DNA of 64,000 bases from Camelus dromedarius (taxonomy: Eukaryota), in assembly GCF_036321535.1 (NCBI RefSeq), contig NC_087459.1:10726001-10790000 (forward strand). Reading direction: 5' to 3'. Positions within the stretch are counted from its first letter, which is position 1. Every line of letters begins with the position of its first letter. Made by a program: the position numbers and the translations under genes. The notes under the pieces are model-generated. The model was not told the DNA's origin, did no database searches, and saw only the letters and a list, made by a program, of their open reading frames with translations. Below, piece by piece: positions 11,932 to 21,700 of this stretch.

Positions 11932-12030
11932 CTGGTGGCCCTGGGTCCCTGTGGGAGCTTTGGGGGCTGCCCTGTCCTGGCAGACCCTGGTGTGTGTGGT
12001 GCGGGCGGGGGGAGGGTGACAGTTAACTGA
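11932..12030 (-). promoter_or_regulatory. Candidate SEPTIN12 promoter and non-coding first exon
   Basis: Acceptor candidate GACAG|GCATC at 11557/11556, 21 nt before the ATG, implies an upstream exon. Weak donor CAG|GTGCTA at 11931, GC box at 12003-12010, palindrome CAGTTAACTG at 12020-12029. Confidence 0.35.
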
Positions 12031-14199
12031 AGAATCTGAGTTCCACCCTCTTCCTGTGACCCTGGTCCTGGGGGAGCTTCTCTGCAGCAGGGGGCCAAGG
12101 ACTGCGACAGCTAAGCCACTCCTCCAGGCCCTTTCAGGTCCCTGCCCTGTAACCCTCACAATGATCCTAGCTCTACAGACAGGAACCCAGGCCCCCAAGG
12201 CGGCTCCCTTGCCCAAGGTCACCTGGCTGCTAAGTGGCAGAGCTGGGCTTCAGCCAGTCCCTCGGGCTTCCAAGTTCATGCCCCTTAAGCACTCTGCGGG
12301 GAAGCAGACTTGTGACCCACAGCTGGAAGGCAAAACATCCACGTGTTTTCTTTAGTCTGTCAGTTGCCAGTGCCACAGGGTTTTAAATTGCCAACATACC
12401 CCGTGTTTTGTTTGTGCATGACACGGTTCTAAGAGCCCCAGGATGTTAACGTAGTAATCATCACAGCCCTATGACGTAAGTGCTGTAACTGCCACCAGTT
12501 TACAGATAAGAGAGTGTCCGGAGAGTGGTTCAAGGTCACACAGTAAGGAAGAGGCAGGGCTGGGATCCGAGTCCACGTGCTCACCCTCTACAGCCTCCTT
12601 TCTTGTTTACAGGAACACCTAGATTTCTGCTGCTTCGTGGAGACTGTAAGCCCTGGCAAGTCCCGGCCCAGCCCACAGCTGACTCGAGCTGCCCTGTTAA
12701 GTTGGGCTACGTGCTCTCCAGTTTGCCATAGTCCTCACCTCCCCCTAATGTCTCTCTGATGTTTCTTAAACCAAGTCCATCTCACTTGGCTTGTCCTTTC
12801 TCACCTGTTTCCTGGCACCTGAGTTTGCAAGCCCTAAGCAATCCGCGTCTCAGACGTTGGCCAATGTTCTCTGTAAAAGGCCCGATAGAACACATATTAA
12901 GTTTTGCCCATCCTAAGATCTCTGTTGCACACTCCAGCTCTGCCCTTGTGGTGTGAAAGCAGGTGGAGGCATGGGAGTGGCTTGTGCCACTCAGGCCATT
13001 CATAGAAGCAGGCGGTGGCTTGCCGCCCCCGCTCTGCCCCCGGGACTCACTAGTCCATTCACCTCAATTGCCCTGAGCCCAGCAGCCTCTGTCTCTCCCT
13101 GCCTGTGTCCTTCTACTCCCTTACCTTCTACACATCTGAGGACAGAGGCTTACACTTTACTTTCAAGGCTTGGAAGCCAGGAGTTAGGCTGGGCAGGGCC
13201 CGGGACAGAGCCCACCTGAACATGATGCTCATCCCGCCAGAGAACTCTCTCAAGCTATGACGCCACAGCCCCTGAAGGACTTGGAGAGGCTGTGGTCTCA
13301 TCGTCAACACAGATGAGAACGTTCTGTGTGGATGGCCGAGCAGCACAGGTGACTAACACGGGGACCGACCTTGCACAGGAGGGGATTCTTGCCTCTGGGG
13401 ATGTCCCCTATGGATATAAGCTTCTCTGCCGAGAAAACATTTTCTCTAGGAGAAGCATCCCACAGGAGTGATGTAGGATTCTGGAAACTTGCGGGGAAGA
13501 AAGCCTGAGTGGACACCCACCGGGACTGTGGACAGGAGGACCATGTCTACAGAAGGCAGGACCATTCAAGGCGCCCTTGGCCGTGCTGACTGGGGAAAGC
13601 CAAGGGTAAAGGGATCAGAGCAGTGTGAGGATGGCCGGTGAGCCCGCAGGTACCCAAACAACCAGACCAGAGGGAATCCACCCACAGGCTGAGTGAGGTG
13701 CATGGCCATCTGATGCACGTTTTCCAGTGCGTTCGCTGAGCTAAGGGAGCATTTGCATTGATTATTCCATTCAATCTGTACAACAACCCAAGGCGGGGGC
13801 GTACTCTTTACACACCCACTTTAAGGGTGAGAAAACTGAGGGGAGAAGGGTCAGGGTCCAGGCGCCTGGTCCCACCCTGGTGGGTGTTAAGGGCTGGGAG
13901 CAGGACCCCAGTCTGGGGTCTGACGCATCTAAAACGTGTCCAGCCGTGGCTTTTCCCCCATCATTGCTCTGCTTGGGTCTCAGGGTGGGGGGTGCTCTAC
14001 GAGTAGTTTTGTCTTCTAATGACTCAGAGTAGCCCACATTTTCTTTAAAGAGAAGAAACAAGAAACGAGGCAGCCGGGGGTCTGGGCAGGAAGACTTTGG
14101 GTCAGTGGGGAGAGGAGGGGTCCATGGGCCTCCTGCCCACACAGCCAGGCCAAGGGGTGGGCAGGGGCCACAGTTGTCAGCCTCTTTCCGTGTTTTCTT

Positions 14200-14870
14200 T
14201 TCTCCATTGAGGTAAAATTCACATAACGTAAAATTAACTGCTAGCCATTTTATTAAGGTGAACAGATCAGTGGCATTGAGTCCATTCCTAATGTTGCAAA
14301 ACCATCACCTCTGTCTAGTTCTGAGACAAGCACATCACCCCAAAAGGAGACCCCATCACCACTAAGTGACCCCAGCCCCTATGAAACAATAACTGTTCTC
14401 TGTCTCTGTGGATCTGCCCCTGCTGGACATTTCATACACGTGGAATTATACAACATGTGGCCTTTTGTGTCTGGCTTCTTTGATGGAGCATCATGTTTTC
14501 AAGGTACATCCACTTTGTAGCATGTCTCTCAGTAACCCTTCCTTTTCATGGCTGAATAATATTCCACTGCACAGATTGACAGCATTGTGTTTATTCATTC
14601 ATCATGTGATGGACAATTTGGGGCCTTGCTGCTTTTTGGCTATTATGAAAAAATACTGCTGTGGACATTTCTGAACAAGTTTCCGTGTGAATATGTTTTC
14701 ATCTCTTAGTATATACCCAGCAGCGGAAGGGCTGTGTCCTATGACAAAACTGTGTGTAACTTTCCAAGGAAATGCCAGACCATTCTCCACAGTGGATGCA
14801 ACCCTACCCCCTTTCACAACAGAACACTCCAGTCATTTCCAAACTATCCTCCCTTGGCAACAGGAATCTG
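14200..14870 (-). mobile_element. L1MB-like 3' fragment
   Basis: TTGAGGTAAAATTCACATAAC...CTGGACATTTCATACACGTGGAAT...CATGGCTGAATAATATTCCAC. Confidence 0.7.
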
Positions 14871-15004
14871 AGGTCTCAGAATGGGATGGAGGGGAGATCA
14901 GGTGTAAGGCGGGGATCCCAGCACAGGAGTGTTTATGACATGATGGTCAAGGGCTCTGGAATCTGAACATGTGGGTCCCAGCTCTGCTTTCTCTGCTCAC
15001 TGGG

Positions 15005-15432
15005 TGTGCTTGGCATAATTGTGGTCCCCAAAGATGTCCCCATCTGAATTCCTGAAACCTGTGAATATGATACCTTACATGGCAAAAGGGACTTAGGAGA
15101 TGTGATTAAGGTTTTGATGGGGAAATTGTCCTGTGGGCCAGTGTAATCACAGGGGTCCTTATAAGAGGGAGACAAAAGGGGTAGAGTCAGAGATGTGAGG
15201 ATGGGAGCAGAAGTTGAAGTGATGAGGGTGGGGCATGAACCCAGGAATGTGGGTGGCTTCTAGAAGCTGGAAAAAGCAAGGAATGGATTCCCCACTAGAC
15301 CCTTCAGGAGGAACGCAGTCCTGTCCACCCTTTTTAGACTCTGACCTCCAGAGCTATAAGATAGTAAACCTGCATTGTTTTAAGCCACCAAGTTTATGGT
15401 AGTATGTTACAGCAACAACAGGAAATGAATAC
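15005..15432 (+). mobile_element. MaLR solo LTR (MLT1C/D-like) inserted in a MIR
   Basis: CCCAAAGATGTCC...ACCTTACATGGCAAAAGGGAC...TTTTAAGCCACCAAGTTTATGG...GGAAATGAATACA. MIR sequence on both sides. Confidence 0.75.
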
Positions 15433-15659
15433 ATTAGATGTGTGACTTGAGCTAGTTGCTGAACTTCACAAGGCCTCAGTTTTCACATCTGTAAAATGGG
15501 AATAGCAATAATACCCACTGTAAGATTGCCATGAGGAATACAGTAGGTAATAACATACTTCAGTACTGCGGGTTCAGTTCCAGACCACCACCATAAAGCA
15601 AATATTACAATAAAGGAAGTCACAGATTTTTTAGTTTCCCAGTGCACTTAAGAAGTTGT

Positions 15660-16120
15660 GGTATATTTATACAATGGAATACTACTCAGCCATAAAAAAG
15701 AATAAAATGCCATTTGCAGCAATGTGGATGGACCTGGAGATTGTCATTCTAAGTGAAGCAAGCCAGAAAGAGAAAGAAAAATACCATATGGTATCACTCA
15801 TACGTGGAATCTAAAAAAAAAAAAAAAAAAAAAGACACAAATAAACTTATTTATAAAACTCTTTAAAAAGACTCACAGACATAAAAAACAAAACTCATGG
15901 TTACCAGGGAGAAAGCAGGTAGGAAGGGATAAAATGGAAGTTCAAGATTTGCATATACTAGCTACTACATATAAGATAAACAACGAGTTCATACTGTATA
16001 GCACGGGGAACTATATTCAATATCTTGTGGTAACCTATAATGAAAAAGAGTATGAATAGGAATATATGTATGACTGAAACATGATGCTGTGCACTAGAAA
16101 TGGACACAGCACTGTAAACT
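15660..16120 (+). mobile_element. 5'-truncated L1 3' end (laurasiatherian/camelid type)
   Basis: ACAATGGAATACTACTCAGCCATAAAAAAG...GGACCTGGAG...GACTCACAGACAT...CTATATTCAATATCTTG...ACTGTAAACT, then an N gap where the tail is expected. Confidence 0.85.
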
Positions 16121-16251
16121 NNNNNNNNNNNNNNNNNNNNNNNNNNNNNNNNNNNNNNNNNNNNNNNNNNNNNNNNNNNNNNNNNNNNNNNNNNNNNNNN
16201 NNNNNNNNNNNNNNNNNNNNNNNNNNNNNNNNNNNNNNNNNNNNNNNNNNN
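16121..16251. other. Assembly gap (131 N)
   Basis: N run at the expected L1 poly(A) tail and Tigger junction. Confidence 0.99.
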
Positions 16252-16989
16252 ACAGTTAGTAACATCAAAGATCACTGATCACAGATCGCCACAATAATAG
16301 CAATGAAAGTTTCTAAATGCTGTTGGAAAATGTCCCCAGTAGATTTGCTCCACCCAGGGTTGCTACAATTTGTCAAAAACTTTCTTTACTGTGAAGTGCA
16401 GTACAGAAAGGTGTGTCTGTATGATGACAGGCACAGAGCCTAACATTAGCCAGTAAGCTTTCCCTGCTAGACCATAAGCCCCACAAGGACAAGAAGGCAT
16501 GTCCACCTGGTTTACCCACAGTCCCAAGCGCCCAGCAGTCCTGGCCCTTGGTGGGCCTGGTCAGAGTAAGGCAGGAGTTAGAGCTGCCTCCAGATGGTAC
16601 ATAGGGAGCCCCAGGCCCCAAGTTCCAGGGATAGAGCTCATTTGAGTAGCGAAAACCATTGTCTTGTAAGGGTCACTGTGAGGATTAGAATAGAGGAGGA
16701 AGACCCCAAAAGGCTGCAAGTGGGATGCCAGGCACATGGCCGCTGGCCAGGGAAGGGCTGGGAAATGGAACCAGCTTCTCCCTCCCTCTCACCTCCCGCC
16801 ATTTTTTTTATCTTCATCTGTGAAATCAACAGAGGCTGAGCGCCCACTGTGTTCCCGGCTGCTGGCCTGGTTTATGAGAAGAAGTGAAAAAATGCCCAGA
16901 ATGAAGAGGTAGACCGGCTGGTGGCCGCCTCTCTGGGTCCCGCAGCATTTGCTGCTGTTAGGAGGCAGGAAGCACACCTGTGGGACACA

Positions 16990-17180
16990 GGCCCCGCCCC
17001 ACCGAGCTCTGCAGCCCCGGGCTGGCCCTGGGGGAGCAGGGTGGGAGGGGCTGGCTGCCCAGGCCCCAGGTGATGCAGATCCGGAAGCAGGAAGTAGTCT
17101 GTGCTCCCAGGACCCAGGACCGGTCTGGCTGGGGGAGCCCAGAGGCAGGTCTGGGGATGGGGCTACCGGGAAAGGGTAAG
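16990..17180 (+). promoter_or_regulatory. Candidate SMIM22 proximal promoter and first exon
   Basis: GC box CCCCGCCCC at 16992-17000, tandem ETS cores CCGGAAGCAGGAAGT at 17081-17095, good donor AGG|GTAAGG at 17176. Confidence 0.4.
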
Positions 17181-17383
17181 GGGAGGGGGCTGCCCTGGCC
17201 AGGGTCGGGGTCAGGAAAGGAAGACGGGCAGGGGTAGGGGCTGGGCCCCAGAGAGGTGGTGTGGGCGGGCAGGGCCAGGGCTGGACTGTGGAGGCCGGAT
17301 GTGGCAGCCCCAGAGGAGCCCAGGGTTCTGAGATGGCCCTCTGGGGGGCTGGAGCAGGTGGCACCCAGGACCTTCCTGCTGAG

Positions 17384-17854
17384 ATGGCCTTGTCGACGGA
17401 GGACCTGAAGCAGGAGCTGAATGCTACAGTCCAGCAAGTGCTGGGGAAACTAAGGAGTGGCCAGCTGTTCCAGTCCAAGTGGGACACCGCTGCGTTCCTC
17501 ATCTTCCTCATCTTTCTCGGTGAGTGTGGCTCAGCCTCTCGCCCTCCCACCTCGTCTGCCTCCCAGGCCGAGGGCCATATCTAGACACCCGTCCCGCCCC
17601 CAGGAATCGTGCTGCTCCTGCTGCTGCTCGTCTGCTTCCACTGCTGCTGCCCTGACTGCTGCCAACACCACTCCCCCAGGTCCCAGAAGGTGAGCCCCGG
17701 GCACCAGGGGCAGCATGGACCTGCGCTGGGGTGGGTGCTGGGCTTACTGTGGAGAGGGGTTGGAGCGGACTGAGGAGTGAAGCCACTCGCCCTCTCTGTG
17801 CCTCTCTTGCAGAAAAACTCCCAGGGATTTGATAACTTGGCCCTGGAACCTTAG
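17384..17854 (+). CDS. SMIM22: Small integral membrane protein 22 (CASIMO1), 3 coding exons, 87 aa
   Basis: Exons 17384-17519, 17604-17689, 17813-17854 (264 nt, GT-AG). Protein MALSTEDLKQELNATVQQVLGKLRSGQLFQSKWDTAAFLIFLIFLGIVLLLLLLVCFHCCCPDCCQHHSPRSQKKNSQGFDNLALEP*: one TM helix, Cys cluster, C-terminal DNLALEP. Syntenic position between SEPTIN12 and ROGDI. An in-frame upstream ATG at 17333 is an alternative start. Confidence 0.92.
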
Positions 17855-18185
17855 CGCAGAGTCCCTGCCCCCTGCTCTGGTCCCCCGGGAAGGAGAAACA
17901 ACGCCTTGTTCATTTGCAGCCTGAGTGTGGAGCATGTTCCGACCCTCCCATCGGGGTGGGCAGTGCAGGCCCTCACTGCTTCATCTAGATGCCCCTTGGG
18001 TCCCTCAACAGCCCGCAGCTGGCATGACTGTCACCAGGAGGCCTCAGGTGATGTGCTGGAGCCACCCAGCAACTGCCTGTGTGGCCATCCCACTGGGCTC
18101 CTCTGCACCGGGAGGCCAGGGGCTCAGTCACTGAATCCTGAGCCCGGCTCCTGGCCATCAGGGACCCCCTGGCCAGGCCCCCATT

Positions 18186-18208
18186 CAGACAGACAGACAG
18201 ACAGACAG
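18186..18208. repeat. (CAGA)n tetranucleotide microsatellite
   Basis: CAGACAGACAGACAGACAGACAG. Confidence 0.9.
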
Positions 18209-18231
18209 GCTCCAGGCAATGTCGGATGATC

Positions 18232-18237
18232 TTTATT
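18232..18237 (-). terminator. ROGDI polyadenylation signal (AATAAA)
   Basis: TTTATT on +, ~475 nt downstream of the ROGDI stop, followed on the minus strand by a GU-rich (CTGT)n tract. Confidence 0.75.
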
Positions 18238-18578
18238 TCTCAGAGGCCCTGCTAGAGCAGACATGGTCAAGGGCACGACAGCTCACGGGGGGCGGCCCCT
18301 GTCCTCCTTCCCTCCCAACTCACAGCTCAGAGCCACCACCCTCGCCATCCTGGGGAAGCTTGGCAGGCAGCTAAGAGGGGAGGAAGGAGAGCTCTGGGCC
18401 TGGCCCCACCCTGAGTCCAAAGGTTCTGGCCTTGTAGGGAGGGCAGGTCTTGGAACGGGGCCCTGCCTTTCTGACTTCCCCCATCCAAAACAAAAAAGCA
18501 AGGTAGTGTCCCTCCCAGTGGGCCCAGTGTTCAATCCCATCTGTGCAGATGTGACAGGCAGGACAGGGTGAAGAGAGA

Positions 18579-18584
18579 AATAAA
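18579..18584 (+). terminator. First canonical AATAAA downstream of the SMIM22 stop (candidate SMIM22 poly(A) signal, inside the ROGDI 3' UTR)
   Basis: GAGAAATAAACAG. I found no AATAAA or ATTAAA on + between 17855 and 18578. Confidence 0.4.
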
Positions 18585-18710
18585 CAGCCCGCTGGAAACA
18601 AATAGTGTGCAGCGCTGGCTGGCACTCTGGGCGGGGAGAGGGGGTTGGGGGAGGACGGGGATCCTCAGGCAGGGGCCATTCCCAGGGGTACAGGCTGTTG
18701 GGTGCTCTGC

Positions 18711-21700
18711 TCAGAAAGGCCTGTAGCTCCAGTAGCTGGAGAACACGGAGATCTAGACGGGGAGGGAGATGGGAGACATGGTGAGGGGTGGTGCTGGGGG
18801 TCTGGCCCCTGCTGCACCTTCTGTGACTCAGGAGAGAGTTCAAGGTCATCCAAGGGCCATGTCCAGGAGATGATACCGTTGCCTAGCAACACCATGTCTG
18901 GGGTGTGCGGAGAGCACAACAGACCTTAAGATTTGGGGGTGCTCTGGAGGTGTGACAGGAGCCCTTGGAATCCCCCCCAAATGGGCTAAACAACCTGCTG
19001 TTTGGCTAGCCTAACCTGAGTGACACCCCTCCTCCTCCCATGTGCCCACCTTATCCTTGAGCTGCTGGCACAGCTGCAGGGAGACGGTGAAGAAGACGAG
19101 GGCATCATTGAGCCACGGGATCACACACTCCACCTTGTGCACGTGACTCACCTCCAGACGCTGTGTACCCCACTCACTGGGGGAAGATGGGAGGGTCCCT
19201 GAGGGCGGCTGGGCCAGTCCGGACTCCATCCCCCGAGGTGCAGGGGGAGCTCCAGGGACCCCTCCCAGGCAGCCTACTTACAACATGGCCCCGGGGCTGT
19301 GGAGCACTGCGCCTCCAGATGGGCGGAAGTTCTAGGTAGAAGAGCATCAAACCAAGTCAGGCCCCAGGCTGCAGGGTGGGCTAGGGCGGGGGCGGGGGCA
19401 GGGGCTGGGGAAGGGGCAGGGGCAGGGCCTGCAGGGTGGCCTGAGGCTAGGGCTGGGGCAGGCTGCGACAGAGCGGGCAGGTGGGGCGGGGTGCTCACCT
19501 TGCTGGAATTGGGCTGCAGAGCATGCAGCTGATACACGGTGAGACAGAGCTTGTTGAGGTTGATGTAGACGTTGACCAGCAGGTCGGAGGGCAGGGCTGG
19601 GGCGAACATCCTCTGTAGGCAGCAGGGGGCGGGCAAGCAGGTGGGATAAGGTCCGGGCAGTCACCACCCCTCCAACAACCACATGGGGGAATCTCAGCCC
19701 CCATCCCATGGACTGGGGCTTCTAGACTCTCCCCAGGTGCCCCAGGTATCTTCCTGCACCACTGGGCTTGGGCATCACTGACCCAGATCAGGGGTGACAT
19801 ATCTGGGGGATGCAGGATGGAAGCCAAGGACCCTATCCCAGAAAACTGTGCACAGACATAGAACTCTGTCGACAGTTTGGGGCTTCCAGGCCCCTCTGGC
19901 ACCCGTGTCCCTCCCAGGGGCAAGCTGGGTCCCTCTGTGGGGACCCCTTCTCCTGGAGCAGTGGCTGGTCTGAGGCACTGACCGTGAGGCCGCTGGCAGC
20001 GATCTCAGGCAGAGTGAGGGTGGCTGGGGTGGTGAGCCGGTTTCGGGCTCTAGTCAGCTGCAGCATCACAGCGTCCATCAGCTGGGGAAAGGGGACTTGT
20101 CACAGTGGCTGTGAAGGCAGTGGAGCCTAGTCCTGATTCCAACCTCTTCCCCACTCCCCAGCCCCCACATCAGAGAGCGACAAAGTTACCGTAGCTCCCA
20201 GCTTCTTCCCTGGGGGTCTCAGGGCCTGAATAAGCAGGAGGCTCGTTAAAGATTCAGGTAATTGGGCTCTAGCTGGGGGTGGGGGGCAGGACATCTGCAC
20301 TGCTGACCACCCATTTGGAAGGTCCTACTGCATGGGATCCTGGGTGCTGATCCAATGGTGAATGGAAAGATCCCGGAAGTTAGTCCCAGGGGCATGAGGG
20401 CTTTGTGGATGGGGGTACAGGCAATGAAGGAACTTAGAAGAAAAAAATCTAATTCAGCTTGGGTGCAAGGAGCCAGGGAAGGCTTCCTGGAGGAAGCACT
20501 GGGACTCTGATTTGGAGCCTTAAGGTGGGCAGCAGCACCGTTTTCACAGGTGAGGAAACTGAGGCTCCAAAGGGCTAAGGTCACACAGCTAGGAACAGTG
20601 GAGCCATCTGGAACTCAGCCCTTCCTTCTGCCATGGAGCAAAGCTCTTGCTCAAATTCAGAGCCCTAGTTTCCACTGCTTCCAGCTGTTCATCCAGCTGT
20701 TGCTGTGGTGCTGGGGTCACCTGGCTCCCAGGAAAGGCAGAATTACTGGGTGGAGGTGCAGGGGCTGCACCTTACACCCCACAAGGCAGTCATAGTTCTG
20801 AGAGGGATCTTAGTCCATCTGATTCCAAGTGTTCATATGTGGACCCAGAGGTCCAGAGAGGGTAAGGTGAATCACCTGAGGACACACAGCAAGTCAGGGG
20901 CAGAGCTAAGAAATGAACCCAGGGCATCTGGGCTCACCTTGTCCCTCCACACCATATGAATTTACTTTGTTAATAACAAAGGTTTTCTGTTGTCCATACT
21001 AACACCTGCAGCTACTGTTGACTGAGCACTTACTAGGGGCCACTTTACCTGCGTTGTCACAATTGGTAGTCACTATAGCTTGTTCCCCTTTTACAGGTGA
21101 GGCTACTGAGGCAAAGAGTGGCTAAGTAAGTGACTTGAGGTTGCACAGCTCATTGTGGAGGCCCTGGGATCATATCCGAGGTCTGACTCTGGAGTCTGGA
21201 CTGTGAGCCATTCGACTGGCTGGATGGATGTGGGTACACTGAGAGCTGAGGGGTCAACCATCAGCTCCACCTGAGAATGTAGGGGCAGAGCTCTCCAGGG
21301 GCCTGGTCAGGGAACCTGGCTCTCCTGTCCCTCGGGGCAGCTCACCTTGAGGACCTCTGCTCCCGTCCGGAACTGGTAGCTCTCATCCCGGTTGGTGAGG
21401 AGGTAAATGGCTTGGCTCACGTGGTTCCTGGCATCCTGGATCTGAAAACAGCACCCAATGGGTGGTCAGAGGGCTGGGCCTCGGCAGGGAGAGGTGCTGC
21501 CTTCAGAGCAAAGGCCTTGAGGTGGAAAAAGCTGGTTGCCAGTGAGAGGGAGGGGGCAGAGGCCAGGCACAGTCACATAGGAGCTGCTAGAGAGCATAGA
21601 CTTGGTCCCCAAGAGCCATGAGAAGCCCCTGGAGGCTCTCAGCAGGGAGTGATTTGTTCAGGGTGTCCTACACAGAGGACAGGCTAGGCTTTGGAGATCA

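Larger units (their letters stand above)
15553..16420 (+). mobile_element. Internally deleted Tigger1-like element split by a younger L1 3' end
   Basis: Left end GCGGGTTCAGTTCCAGACCAC...TTTCCCAGTGCA (~15555-15660). Right end AACATCAAAGATCACTGATCACAGATC...CAGGGTTGCTAC (~16252-16420). Confidence 0.7.

Noticed and set aside
13200-13700. Unique-looking intergenic sequence as a possible pseudogene or C/D snoRNA
   Set aside because: All frames are short and unrecognised, and there is no RTGATGA/CTGA pair with a terminal stem.
16789-17550. 253-aa minus-strand ORF
   Set aside because: GC-rich and antisense to SMIM22, Pro/Ser/Ala-rich, with no recognisable domain.
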